Made by a program: the position numbers and the translations under genes. Source: an uncultured Candidatus Saccharibacteria bacterium (GTDB taxonomy: Bacteria > Patescibacteriota > Saccharimonadia > Saccharimonadales > AWTP1-31). Taken from it: 64,000 nucleotides of DNA. The first letter of the stretch is position 1; each line of letters opens with the position of its first letter. Of this stretch, positions 1-11,697 are shown in pieces. The stretch is from NCBI GenBank assembly GCA_937903325.1, contig CALCZR010000059.1:1489-65488 (forward strand), read 5' to 3'. Under the pieces are notes generated by a model. The model was given only the letters and a program-made list of their open reading frames with translations, did not search any database and was not told where the DNA came from.

Positions 1-2252
1 CCAATGACTCGATCGTCAGTTCGAAGCCGTATACCACGTACGCCACGAGAAACGCGTCCCATAGGCCGTACGTCCTTCTCATGGAAACGAATTGCCTGAC
101 CTTGTGAAGTAGAGATCACAATCTCATTCTCACCCGTTGTCATGCGGATCCACTTAAGTTCATCACCTTCATCGAGGTTAATGGCTATCAGACCACTCTG
201 CCGTACATTCTTATACTGTTCAAATGGGGTCTTCTTTACTACCCCGTTCGTGGTACACATAAACAGATGTCCAGTGTTATTCGTTTTGGAAAGATTAATA
301 ACTGAGCTAATCATTTCCTCCGGCTGCAGTTGCAAGAGATTCACGATAGCAACACCTTTGGCATTCAAATTAGTAGCTGGCACCTCATAGGTCTTCATTC
401 GGAAGACTCGTCCCTTATTCGTAAAGAACAGAAGGAAGTCATGCGTACTGGCGTTAACCACATGTTCAATAACATCCTCTTCTCGAGTAGCCATACCACG
501 CTTGCCCTTACCGCCCCTGTTCTGCTTGCGGTAGTCGGCAATCTGAGATCGCTTGATGTAGTTAGCAGAAGTCAGCGTAACGACCACCTGTTCGTCAGGG
601 ATAAGATCTTCGTCGGCCATCTTGCCAAGTTCACTCGGGATAACCTTAGTTCGTCGTTCGTCACCGAATTGTTTCTTAACTTCGAGAAGTTCGTCTCGTA
701 TGATCTTGAGAATCTTCTTCTCGTCTGCCAAGATGCCTTCTAGCTTAGCGATAAGCTTCTGGAGTTCAGCCAGTTCGTCTTCGATCTTCTGTCGCTCGAG
801 TCCGGTTAGGGCTCGCAGCTGCATTGCGAGAATAGCTTTCGCCTGGATCTCGCTGAGCTTGAACTTAGCGATCAGGTTCTCTTGAGCCTCGTCAGTACTC
901 TTGCTAGAGCGTATAACCTTGATAACTTCATCAATATGATCAAGAGCGATCTTTAGACCTTCTAGAATATGGGCGCGGTCCTTAGCCTTACGAAGCTCGT
1001 ACTCAGTACGACGCCGGACGACTTGCTGACGGTGCTTAATATGCTCCGTAAGGATATCTTGGAGTCCGAGGACACGAGGCTGGATACCGTCGATCAGCGC
1101 CATCATATTAAAGTGGAAGCTCTGCTGCAGCGGTGTTAGCTTATACAGCTGATTGAGAAGCTTCTTAGGATAGGCGTCTTTCTTGAGATCAAGGACAATT
1201 CGCACTTCACCACGTGCCGTTTCATCGCGGAGGTCACTGATACCGGTAAGCTTCTTCTCCTTAACGAGGTCTGCGATCTTGAGGACAAGTGTCTCTTTAT
1301 TAAGTGCGTATGGTATCTCTGTAATAATGATCTGGCTCTTACCCTTATTGCCTTCTACGACTTCTGCCACACCACGAGTCACGACCCCACCACGACCAGT
1401 GGCATAGGCAGTCCGGATAGAATCCTTACCGTAGATGATACCGCCGGTTGGGAAGTCAGGACCTTTTACGTGTTCGAGGAGATCATCAAGCGTAGCCTGG
1501 GGATTATCAATAAGAGCTACCTCTGCATCCACCAACTCACTAAGGTTGTGGGGTGGAATGTTGGTTGCCATACCGACCGCAATACCAAGCTGTCCGTTAA
1601 GCAGCAAGTTTGGCAGCTTAGCAGGCAGCACCGTTGGTTCTGATCTCGTACCATCATAGTTGTCGCGGAAATCAACGGTCTCTTTATCGATATCGGCTAG
1701 CGTCTCATCAGCCAACTTCTGTAGTTTAGCTTCGGTATATCGATACGCAGCTGGAGGATCACCATCCATTGAACCGAAGTTACCCTGCCCGTTAACGAGC
1801 ATGTAGCGCATAGCCCATGGCTGTGCCATACGAACCATAGCGTCGTAGATAGAGCTATCGCCGTGCGGGTGGTAGCGACCCATCACATCACCGACAACAG
1901 TCGCACTCTTACGGTGCCGAGCGGTGCTACGTAGTCCCGATTCATTCATGGTGTATAGGATTCTTCGGTGAACAGGCTTAAGACCATCACGCACGTCTGG
2001 TAGCGCACGATCAATGATAACGCTCATAGAGTAGCGAAGATAGCTGTCTTCCATGACGTTCTCAACTGTTCGACGTTCTACACTTCGTGAGTGACCAGAA
2101 TCAAGAATGTCGTCCGGTAGCACCACACCTTGTCTTCTCTCATCCATAGAAAGCTCTGCTGTTGATTGTTCTTCTGGTACACCCGGGGCGTTATCAAAAT
2201 TCTCAGCATCAGCATTATTGGTTGTATCGTTAGAATCGTTTACTGGGTCCAT
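1..2252 (-). CDS. gyrA: DNA gyrase subunit A, 3' end cut by the window edge
   Basis: Absent from the ORF track because it runs off the window. My translation from the ATG at 2252 gives MDPVNDSND...[33 protein letters not shown]...[41 protein letters not shown]. The start lies 1 nt after the gyrB stop. Confidence 0.93.
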   Translation of the reverse strand, partial: MDPVNDSNDTTNNADAENFDNAPGVPEEQSTAELSMDERRQGVVLPDDILDSGHSRSVERRTVENVMEDSYLRYSMSVIIDRALPDVRDGLKPVHRRILYTMNESGLRSTARHRKSATVVGDVMGRYHPHGDSSIYDAMVRMAQPWAMRYMLVNGQGNFGSMDGDPPAAYRYTEAKLQKLADETLADIDKETVDFRDNYDGTRSEPTVLPAKLPNLLLNGQLGIAVGMATNIPPHNLSELVDAEVALIDNPQATLDDLLEHVKGPDFPTGGIIYGKDSIRTAYATGRGGVVTRGVAEVVEGNKGKSQIIITEIPYALNKETLVLKIADLVKEKKLTGISDLRDETARGEVRIVLDLKKDAYPKKLLNQLYKLTPLQQSFHFNMMALIDGIQPRVLGLQDILTEHIKHRQQVVRRRTEYELRKAKDRAHILEGLKIALDHIDEVIKVIRSSKSTDEAQENLIAKFKLSEIQAKAILAMQLRALTGLERQKIEDELAELQKLIAKLEGILADEKKILKIIRDELLEVKKQFGDERRTKVIPSELGKMADEDLIPDEQVVVTLTSANYIKRSQIADYRKQNRGGKGKRGMATREEDVIEHVVNASTHDFLLFFTNKGRVFRMKTYEVPATNLNAKGVAIVNLLQLQPEEMISSVINLSKTNNTGHLFMCTTNGVVKKTPFEQYKNVRQSGLIAINLDEGDELKWIRMTTGENEIVISTSQGQAIRFHEKDVRPMGRVSRGVRGIRLRTDDRVI

Positions 2253-2253
2253 A

Positions 2254-4221
<1,968 letters not shown>

Positions 4222-4366
4222 CTAATACCCCTCCAAGTCACACTTGTTTTTCCACTCTTATTACTAGTATAGATGAAACGGGCTGCTACTTCAATATAAA
4301 GCCCTTGTTTGAACACCTACATTTATGGTTCAATAAGCTTAAGAATAATAAACGAAAGCAACAACA

Positions 4367-6331
4367 ATGTTCAACAAACTGCTCAGCAACCTTCCGTTTA
4401 ACCCAAGTCTCATTGACCAGGTGTCTTTCTATGCCAAGAGACTCCATAAGGAAGCCGGTGTCCGCCGAGCGGGCTTTGCCCTTATAGCCCTGGCTATGGT
4501 GGTACAACTCTTCGCCGTACTCTCACCTGCGCAGGCCAGCCTGTCATGTGATCCATCTAATAATGACATCATCCAGTGTGGATTTAAGACTAAAGCTGAA
4601 GCGGTAAGTTACTGTCAGCAAAATACCCGTGGCTTTGGAACTATCCTGCTCTACCATGGCCTTACCTGCGATAAGCTAGCTACTGCCGAAGATACTTCTA
4701 TCAATACCCGTGCCATGGGTAACCGATTAATGTCAGTCGGCCGGAAGCCTTTTAATAAGCCTGGTGAATATGCACAGCAAATTCCCGGCATAGGAACTCC
4801 AAACGACTACGTATACTGGCGCCCACTCTCAAGCTGGGGCAGCTTTACGACTCGAGTATTAAAAACTTCGACCAATGACGGCCAGACTGTTATGGTCATG
4901 TTCGAATGTGGTAACCTGGTCCGGCTTAATGACTTCCAGCTTAAGCAACCTACTCCTGACTCGGACCTAAAAGTAGCTAAGTCTAATAGCCCTACCGGCG
5001 AGGTTAGGTCAGGCGATATCATCGATTACACCCTTGCCTACAGCAATAAGGGTGGCGACGCAGCATTCTTCTCGGTTAACGACATCCTCCCAGATAACGT
5101 TACCCTTGTCAGCACTAGCCAAGGTAGCTGGGCAATGGAACAGAATGGCAAGAACCTCAAGTGGCACAATAATGCCCCACCATTCTACGTCTTTGGTAAT
5201 ACCGATGCCTTTGGTACACCAGGGTTTGTATTCGTAAAGGTCCGCGTGAATGATCGAGTTCCCGGTGGCACAACGCTCTGTAACCGAGCCTACGTACAAG
5301 ACGTACCTAAGGGCGGTAGCTCTGCTCGCAACTCTAGCGAAGTTCAAGTGTGTAACACGGTAGTTGTTACCTGTCCTGGCGGCCAAATCCTCGGCAATGA
5401 CGGCCTCACTTGTGAAGAAGTTCCTGTTCCTGACGCTGTATGTACTTCCCTCATTGCACTACCAGTGAACGGTGATAAAACGCACAAGAAGTTCAAGTTT
5501 GCTAGCAAAGCCACCACTGTCAACGGTGCCACGATTAAGAGCTACAGCTACGACTTTGGTGACGGCAGCAAAAAAATAAACACATCTACTTCATTAGAAG
5601 ACAGTGTTGACCATGAATTCAGCCAGGTAAAAACATACGACGTTAAAGTCACCGTGCAATCCTCAGTTGCCGACAAGCCAACTCTAACCTGCCAGACAAA
5701 GGCTGTCGTACAGCCCGAAGATAAGAGCCCTACTACTAGTGTTAAGAAGGCAGCTGCCAACATCACTAAGAAGATTGCAGATGCAAATAACACTACTGCG
5801 GCTCCTGGCGACGTTATCGAATACACGCTAACGACAACAAACATCAGCGACGTAGATTACAACGGTGCAGTCTTGCAGCCGGAAGATCTCGGCGATGTAC
5901 TCGAATATGCCACGCTCGATATGAACACCCTGCAAGGCGGTGTCTTTGACCAGGAGACAAAGACCCTTTCCTGGAACGGTAAGGTAGATATCAAGGGTGG
6001 TGAGTCCATCAAGAAAGTCTTCCGTGTAACCGTTAAGAACCCTATCCCTAGTACACCAAGTCCAGACACGACCAACAAGAGTCGTGGTGACCTGGTAATG
6101 CATAACTGCTACGGTAGAGAGAGTTGTATTGATATCAAGCTCCCTGGTACACCTGTAAAGACCATCGAGCAAACCACAACAACCCTACCGAACACCGGGC
6201 CAGGCACCAGCCTGCTCATCGGCTTCTTCACGGTCACCATCGTTGGCTACTTCTTCGCTCGTAGCCGCCTACTTGCCACTGAACTTGATCTTGTAAAAAG
6301 TGAATATACTACAGCAAACGGAGGCTACTAG
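4367..6331 (+). CDS. LPXTG cell-wall-anchored surface protein with DUF11-type repeats and a PKD-like domain
   Basis: N-terminal signal/anchor (ALIALAMVVQLFAVLSPAQA). DUF11-like segments (DLKVAKSNSPTGEVRSGDIIDYTLAYSNKG; APGDVIEYTLTTTN) and a PKD-like segment (YSYDFGDGS...YDVKVTV). C-terminal LPNTG, hydrophobic helix and RSR sorting signal. Confidence 0.8.
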   Translation: MFNKLLSNLPFNPSLIDQVSFYAKRLHKEAGVRRAGFALIALAMVVQLFAVLSPAQASLSCDPSNNDIIQCGFKTKAEAVSYCQQNTRGFGTILLYHGLTCDKLATAEDTSINTRAMGNRLMSVGRKPFNKPGEYAQQIPGIGTPNDYVYWRPLSSWGSFTTRVLKTSTNDGQTVMVMFECGNLVRLNDFQLKQPTPDSDLKVAKSNSPTGEVRSGDIIDYTLAYSNKGGDAAFFSVNDILPDNVTLVSTSQGSWAMEQNGKNLKWHNNAPPFYVFGNTDAFGTPGFVFVKVRVNDRVPGGTTLCNRAYVQDVPKGGSSARNSSEVQVCNTVVVTCPGGQILGNDGLTCEEVPVPDAVCTSLIALPVNGDKTHKKFKFASKATTVNGATIKSYSYDFGDGSKKINTSTSLEDSVDHEFSQVKTYDVKVTVQSSVADKPTLTCQTKAVVQPEDKSPTTSVKKAAANITKKIADANNTTAAPGDVIEYTLTTTNISDVDYNGAVLQPEDLGDVLEYATLDMNTLQGGVFDQETKTLSWNGKVDIKGGESIKKVFRVTVKNPIPSTPSPDTTNKSRGDLVMHNCYGRESCIDIKLPGTPVKTIEQTTTTLPNTGPGTSLLIGFFTVTIVGYFFARSRLLATELDLVKSEYTTANGGY

Positions 6332-6333
6332 TA

Positions 6334-6888
6334 ATGAGTGAACGAATTTCTCAACCAACACCTGAAGCTCCACGCAAGCACGTAGAGGCTAGTCCTGAGC
6401 ACCATCGTCCGGCGCATAGTAAAGTTGAACGACATCAGACCGCCCATGAGAAGCAAGAGAGTATTAGTACCGCCCGTCATGAAGTCAGTAAAGAAGCCCG
6501 CGCTTCTGGGGATACAAAGCTTGATCACGGCAGTGAGCAAAATCACGCCCCTGCAGCGCCTGTAAACCGAGAACTAAAGAGCATGATGCGCAACCGTACG
6601 CTCAAGCGCATCCAGAAGGAACTCCCTGCTCCTCAACGCGCTCTAAGTAAGGTAGTGCATGCAAAGCCTGTTGAAGTAGTTAGTGCCATTGGCGAAAAGA
6701 CTATCGCACGACCAATGGGACTACTAGGTGGTGGCCTCTGTGCCTTCATTGGTAGCATAGTAACGTTCTACATGGCTAAGCACTACGGCTTCCGCTACAA
6801 CCTGCTACTCTTCTTTATGCTCTTTGTAGCAGGTTACGTGGTCACTTCTATGATCGAAATTGTGGTACGTACCACTCGTCGCGGCTAA
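6334..6888 (+). CDS. hypothetical membrane protein with a disordered His/Lys/Glu-rich N-terminus and two C-terminal TM helices
   Basis: 184-aa ORF starting 2 nt after the upstream stop, with GGAGG upstream. Hydrophobic stretches LLGGGLCAFIGSIVTFYM and LLLFFMLFVAGYVVTSMI. Confidence 0.6.
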   Translation: MSERISQPTPEAPRKHVEASPEHHRPAHSKVERHQTAHEKQESISTARHEVSKEARASGDTKLDHGSEQNHAPAAPVNRELKSMMRNRTLKRIQKELPAPQRALSKVVHAKPVEVVSAIGEKTIARPMGLLGGGLCAFIGSIVTFYMAKHYGFRYNLLLFFMLFVAGYVVTSMIEIVVRTTRRG

Positions 6889-6918
6889 GATACAGCAAAC
6901 ACCCAAAGACATCCATCT

Positions 6919-6945
6919 AAGCAGCCCACCGGGCTGCTTTTACTT
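6919..6945 (+). terminator. intrinsic terminator between convergent genes
   Basis: Hairpin AAGCAGCCC-ACC-GGGCTGCTT followed by TTTAC. Confidence 0.55.
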
Positions 6946-9853
6946 ATTGCTGCTTGTTATTAATAAAGATGGTTTCTTCTTGAGAATTATCTACAGGCAT
7001 GGTGCCTGTAGGAGCACTAGCTATTGGTTGTGTAGCAATTGGCGCTGGAGCATTATTCAATAGTCCTTGTTGGCCAGGCGCAGGTTGTACAACTGGTTGT
7101 GTAGGGATGGGTCCTACGGGGCTCTGAGAAGCTGTAGGAGCAGCGTAAGCATTATTCTGGGGTATGGATCCATATACTGGAGCTGCAGGCTGTTGTGCGG
7201 GCGCATAAGGCGAAGGTGCTGCTGCAGGCTGTGCACTATTAGCTCCGGCTCCAAAAGCCCGAGGAGCCTGAACCGGGCGATTCTTCTTAGCGAGCCATTC
7301 GTCAAGGAAAGAACCCGTACCAGCTGGTGCTGCTGGCTTTGGAGCACCGCCAAAAGCAGCAACACTACTACCCGCCCCTGGCGCTCCGGCTGCTGGTTTT
7401 GGTGGTTCAAGAGTTTGCAAGCGTTCCGCGATCTCTTGATCTACCTGAGCCTTAGGGCGTCCATACTTAGCAGAAGATAGCTGGCGGAGAGCCTGACCAA
7501 GATTAGCATTTGGCGTACCGAGAGGCGGTAAGCCGGCCATACTGAATGGTTGCGTAGGTACACCACCAATCAGAGTTCGTACCACGGCGTTATAGTTTGG
7601 TACACGAAGAAGATCATCCCCATCAAACAGAGGTTGGAAGTAACGGGACATAGCCTCGACATCATTCTGCCCAATACGGAACGATACGATAGTACCCATG
7701 TTACCGAAGACAGCATCACGAATCTCTTCTGTAAGCTGAGTGGTAAACTGGTTAGCCACCACAAGGTTAAGGTGGTACTTTCGAGCTTCTGACATGATCG
7801 TAGCGAAGGAGTCGGTTGAGAAGTTCTGGAACTCATCCACGTACAGACAGAAGTCCTGACGTTCAGCCTCTGGGATATTAGTACGACTCATAGCAGCAGC
7901 CTGGAACTTCATAACGAAGATCATACCAAGCAGCTTCGAGTTCATTTCACCAGTACGCCCCTTACTAAGGTTAACCAGCAAGATCTTCTTGTTATCCATA
8001 ATGTCACGGAGGTCAAAAGAGCTCTTGGTCTGACCGATGATATTGCGCATCATTTCGTTAGACAAGAAGGCGCTAAACTTACTAACGAACCACCCGAGCA
8101 CTTCACTCTTGTGGTAATCACTCGTCTGAGCCATTTCCTTGTTCCAGAAATCGAGCACCGTGTGATCTGTTACATACTTGAGCTTCTGCTTCGCGTAGTT
8201 GTTATCGGTAAAGACCTTCGGAATATCAATAAAGGTCGAGCCTGCAGGGTCGCTCATAAGGGTTAACGCCGCCTGACGGAACCAGTGCTCATAACGAGGC
8301 CCAATAATACCCTGGTGTTGTGGGTCATAGAGCTTATACAGCATATTAATAGCTTCCTGGACTAGGAAGTCCTTCTGCTCAGGAGTATCAAATTCAAAGA
8401 GGTTAAGCCCCATCGGGAACTCCATATCACCAGGGTTGAAGTAAATTACATCTTCGGTACGCTCCTTAGGCACCATAGAAAGAAGCTTCTCTACTGTGTC
8501 ACCGTGCGGATCAACAAATGCAAACCCGTTGCCGGCAAGCATGTCCTGTAGTGCAAGGTTCTCTAAGAAAGTAGACTTACCAGTACCCGTCTGCCCTACT
8601 ACGTACATATGTCGTTGTCTATCTGCGAGCGTTAGACGTATTGGTTTCTTAGCACCGCGGAACAAGTTGTAGCCCAGTAGCAAACCTTCGTCAGGGATAT
8701 TACGTGGTGCATCTACCTGCTTAGAAGCCTGTCGCTCCAGCTGTGAGGTTGGAATATTCTTCTGATCTGGGAAGTGGAATAAAGTTGCCAGTTCAACTGC
8801 GTTAAGAATGCTCTGATTATTCTCAGGTGGGAAGAAGCGCAGAATAAAGGCAGTAACAAAGCTCTCGATATCCTTAGATGCAGTATATTTAAAACCGTTC
8901 TTACCTGGTGCGTCATACAAAGCAAAGGCGGCAACGATGTTGTTTAGAATCGCCTGGGCGCGTTGTGAGATGTTTGAAGAAGCCACGACACGAATAAGAA
9001 CTTCGTAGCCCGGGTGCCTGGTCTTGTCTTCAATGGCGTCCACTATGGACTGATCTAGGTTAGAGATTTCTTTCTTTTCCTCACCGCCCTTACCAGATTT
9101 ATCTTCGGGTGGCTTTGCTACCGCGATAGCAAGCTGCTTAGACCACCAGAACAGATTCTCCATCCCCTTCTTATCTTTTGTGCCTTTACGCTTTTTGCCG
9201 GCCTCACCATGGGCGTCCTTACGCCAACTGGGGTTAGCTGGACGTAGCAGTATCTGAATACCTGCGCCATCTTCTTTCTCTAGCGTGGATAGCGCATTAA
9301 GCAGAGACTGCATAGCATCTCGCTTAATCTCCTGGTAGGTTGCAATCGGATACGCAGACTTTTCTTTCAAAGACAGCTCTCCGCCAATCGTTCCTGCAAG
9401 CCTACCAACAGGGCTAAATATATTGTGTTCGGCCACTTCCTCTAGCTGAGCCGTAGGATAAGCGCTAATCACTGCTTGCTTCACTACATCCACCATAACA
9501 ATAGGTACGACAGCGTAGAACTTCACGAAGCCCTTGGTACCAATAATCTCGAAGGCGAAGTGTCGTTGACCATAGAAGTTATTCTTGAATCCCTTCTTAA
9601 AGGTACTGGCAATAATGCTATATAACGTCTGAGCTTTGGAGATATTCTCCTCTACGACATCACGACTATCTCGGCCCCCGGCTTCAATATCCTCGCTGGA
9701 TGGCGGAAGATGGATGAGTAACGGGACCATCTTGAGTCCTCGTTCGTAGTTCTTCTGCTCTCGGAGTAGCTTGCGGTAGTGGAAATACAGAATAAAGCTT
9801 GTTGTTATGACAAGCCCCAAGAATACTGCAACAAGAATTAATGTCAGTGGCAT
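6944..9853 (-). CDS. membrane-anchored TraD/VirD4-like (FtsK-HerA superfamily) P-loop ATPase with a Pro/Ala/Gln-rich C-terminal tail
   Basis: 969 aa. N-terminal TM (LTLILVAVFLGLVITTSFILYF). Walker A in HMYVVGQTGTGKSTFLENL and Walker B-like FCLYVDEFQNF. The last ~200 aa are low complexity (PAAPAGTG...PAQQPAAP...). Confidence 0.75.
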   Translation of the reverse strand: MPLTLILVAVFLGLVITTSFILYFHYRKLLREQKNYERGLKMVPLLIHLPPSSEDIEAGGRDSRDVVEENISKAQTLYSIIASTFKKGFKNNFYGQRHFAFEIIGTKGFVKFYAVVPIVMVDVVKQAVISAYPTAQLEEVAEHNIFSPVGRLAGTIGGELSLKEKSAYPIATYQEIKRDAMQSLLNALSTLEKEDGAGIQILLRPANPSWRKDAHGEAGKKRKGTKDKKGMENLFWWSKQLAIAVAKPPEDKSGKGGEEKKEISNLDQSIVDAIEDKTRHPGYEVLIRVVASSNISQRAQAILNNIVAAFALYDAPGKNGFKYTASKDIESFVTAFILRFFPPENNQSILNAVELATLFHFPDQKNIPTSQLERQASKQVDAPRNIPDEGLLLGYNLFRGAKKPIRLTLADRQRHMYVVGQTGTGKSTFLENLALQDMLAGNGFAFVDPHGDTVEKLLSMVPKERTEDVIYFNPGDMEFPMGLNLFEFDTPEQKDFLVQEAINMLYKLYDPQHQGIIGPRYEHWFRQAALTLMSDPAGSTFIDIPKVFTDNNYAKQKLKYVTDHTVLDFWNKEMAQTSDYHKSEVLGWFVSKFSAFLSNEMMRNIIGQTKSSFDLRDIMDNKKILLVNLSKGRTGEMNSKLLGMIFVMKFQAAAMSRTNIPEAERQDFCLYVDEFQNFSTDSFATIMSEARKYHLNLVVANQFTTQLTEEIRDAVFGNMGTIVSFRIGQNDVEAMSRYFQPLFDGDDLLRVPNYNAVVRTLIGGVPTQPFSMAGLPPLGTPNANLGQALRQLSSAKYGRPKAQVDQEIAERLQTLEPPKPAAGAPGAGSSVAAFGGAPKPAAPAGTGSFLDEWLAKKNRPVQAPRAFGAGANSAQPAAAPSPYAPAQQPAAPVYGSIPQNNAYAAPTASQSPVGPIPTQPVVQPAPGQQGLLNNAPAPIATQPIASAPTGTMPVDNSQEETIFINNKQQ

Positions 9854-9858
9854 AGGTC

Positions 9859-10203
9859 TTACGTTTCGCTAACTTTTATATCTTTACTGTATCGAGTCTT
9901 AAGGTAATCAGCCTTGAAGCGATTCATAGCTTTATTCTGTTGATTCGGATCATCCTTAGTCTGAGCCACGATAGCCTTAGCCTTAAGCACCCACTCCTTC
10001 TCAATAAGATCCACATCGTCCGCTACTACCGGTGAATGTGGGCTACGCGCAGCAGCAGGCTGGTCGGTGGCCGGTCCCGCAGGCATGCCAAGAGGTAATC
10101 CGTCTATTGGTACGGGTTGAGCAGGCTGGGATACTTGCGGCGTCACAGGTGAAGGCGCTGGCAAGTCTGCCTGAGGACTAGGTATGTTCTGACTTGGATC
10201 CAT
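9859..10203 (-). CDS. hypothetical protein with a Pro-rich N-terminal half
   Basis: 114-aa ORF lying 5 nt upstream of the ATPase gene on the same strand. No motif recognised. Confidence 0.55.
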   Translation of the reverse strand: MDPSQNIPSPQADLPAPSPVTPQVSQPAQPVPIDGLPLGMPAGPATDQPAAARSPHSPVVADDVDLIEKEWVLKAKAIVAQTKDDPNQQNKAMNRFKADYLKTRYSKDIKVSET

Positions 10204-10238
10204 CTGTTGTTAAGTATACCAGAATGGAGTTAGTCATA

Positions 10239-10610
10239 TCACTCTATTTTTTGAGCAAACTTAAAGCGTCCAAGATAGAACAGGCCAATTGCCGATAACA
10301 TTACAATAAGAATAATGTCCTTAGCAGTAAGCTGGTCGATCGATCTTAGTAGAAGCATGCCTATCGGGACTGCAGCGCCAATTGCCGCATATCCCAACTG
10401 TTTACGAAGATCCTCTTCACTTTTATGTGGCTGTACGAGTCGCAAAATAAGTAGGCCAGTGCCAGTCAGACTCATAAAAAGCCAGACTAACGGCAAAAGT
10501 AATATTGCTGCGGGTATACTCCGCGGGTTTGTAGTGCTCAGAAAAATAAAAAGTGCTCCATACATCCCCAGGAGCACCACCGCGAGTCTTTTGTTTGTTA
10601 TGTTTGGCAT
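10239..10610 (-). CDS. hypothetical ~4-TM membrane protein
   Basis: 123-aa ORF with four hydrophobic segments. First gene of the three-gene minus-strand unit ending with the ATPase. Confidence 0.6.
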   Translation of the reverse strand: MPNITNKRLAVVLLGMYGALFIFLSTTNPRSIPAAILLLPLVWLFMSLTGTGLLILRLVQPHKSEEDLRKQLGYAAIGAAVPIGMLLLRSIDQLTAKDIILIVMLSAIGLFYLGRFKFAQKIE

Positions 10611-10683
10611 ATTTTTTCCAATTTAGTTTAGTGTGAGGTTTTGTATAAAGGGTTCAAGCAGAGGCTTAAAAAATATGGTGCCG

Positions 10684-10806
10684 GGCGGCAAATGCGCTGC
10701 TTTAAAATATACTATTAGAGCGCTTGCCGTCCCAGCTGTGACTGACCGCTCTTTCCGCGTTTCCGCGGTTAGAGCGACGAAGAGTTTTTGTAAGTTTTTG
10801 TTTTTT
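10684..10806. other. structured non-coding element with two strong hairpins followed by T-runs
   Basis: Hairpin 1 pairs GGCGGCAAATGCGCT (10684-10698) with AGCGCTTGCCGTCC (10719-10732). Hairpin 2 is GCTCTTTCCGCG-TTT-CCGCGGTTAGAGC (10748-10775). T5 and T6 runs follow at 10785-10806. The strand is undetermined. Confidence 0.35.
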
Positions 10807-11663
10807 GCTTACACAGAAACCATACCTAAATGCTTATGGTATGTCAATAATTTATTGTTGTATCTTTAATAACATTACCCTGTAGATCTCTAATCCGTAT
10901 CTATCTGGGTATATATTTTATGTAGCTTTTATAACAATGTTATTTTAGTATCGCCGGCTTTCGGGGTCGTAAAACCTTTACACAAACTTGCTTTCGTAGT
11001 CTACTTCACGCTTCTCATACTCACTCATTATTGGTGACTCTTCAATACCAATTCCCATACCCTTTGGGCGCACTTTTCACGGCAATTTAAACGCCCATTC
11101 CGATTCTACAAATTCCAGCTGTGCAATCTTAATTAAGATATATCAATAGTAAAAGTGGGTACCATAATTAATAATCTACAGGATCAGAATCCCTTCTACT
11201 CAAATTTACGAGTACTAAAAATAACAGTACGTATGTCGCCAACACTGTATACAAGTGGACCGAATCCATTCAGTTCGTACTCACCAGGCCTAATAGGTCT
11301 TAGTACATGGCAGAACAGCTAGTACGTATCTCACTCAATTTAGTATCACTGACGCTCTCATTCCAATAAGCGTTTCAAGCCGCGTCGCATAGACTGTATA
11401 GCATCACGAATCTCATATGGCTCATCGGACTTCACATACTGCACATAAAGGCACGTCAAAGGCCTTGCTTTGCGGCGTAGCGACATACCCATGATGGCTA
11501 CAGTGGCATTTAATGATACCCCCACTTACCTGCGCCATTCACGCTAAGTTTAGTGCCGTCTAACGGCCAAAATATTGCCCAAAAATGCACAATATAGGCA
11601 TCTAAAGTTTTGGTTATGCTCATAAAGTTATACACAGGTTTCTGCCTTTTTGCCATAAACGTG

Positions 11664-11692
11664 TTGACAGTAAAAAAAAGTACTTATAAGAT
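11664..11692 (+). promoter_or_regulatory. sigma70-type promoter of a candidate sRNA
   Basis: TTGACA (11664-11669), a 17-nt spacer, then TAAGAT (alternatively TATAAG with a 15-nt spacer). Confidence 0.5.
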
Positions 11693-11697
11693 GGGTT

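Noticed and set aside
7067-7480. ORFs of 137 aa (plus strand) and 98 aa (minus-strand alternative frame) in the 7.1-7.5-kb region.
   Set aside because: They are generated by the low-complexity Pro/Ala/Gln-coding repeats of the ATPase C-terminal tail, where stop codons are scarce in all frames.
10748-10775. The possibility that the GAAA-capped hairpin is helix 8 of SRP (4.5S) RNA.
   Set aside because: The flanking internal loops (A-A / A-A) do not match the conserved SRP symmetric and asymmetric loop sequences (GGAA..AGCA). No extended 5'/3' pairing typical of 4.5S RNA could be drawn either.
10901-10928. A dif-like sequence (CTATCTGGGTA-TATATT-TTATGTAGCTT) as a Xer recombination site.
   Set aside because: Only the putative XerD arm resembles known dif sites (about 8 of 11 nt). 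The XerC arm does not, and AT-rich context makes chance matches likely. It cannot be supported without comparative data.
11358-11492. A 44-aa basic ORF (MGMSLRRKARPLTCLYVQYVKSDEPYEIRDAIQSMRRGLKRLLE, minus strand). Also a 26-aa ORF near 11000-11080.
   Set aside because: They have no Shine-Dalgarno or promoter geometry I trust and no recognisable family. They are too short to distinguish from chance in AT-rich sequence.
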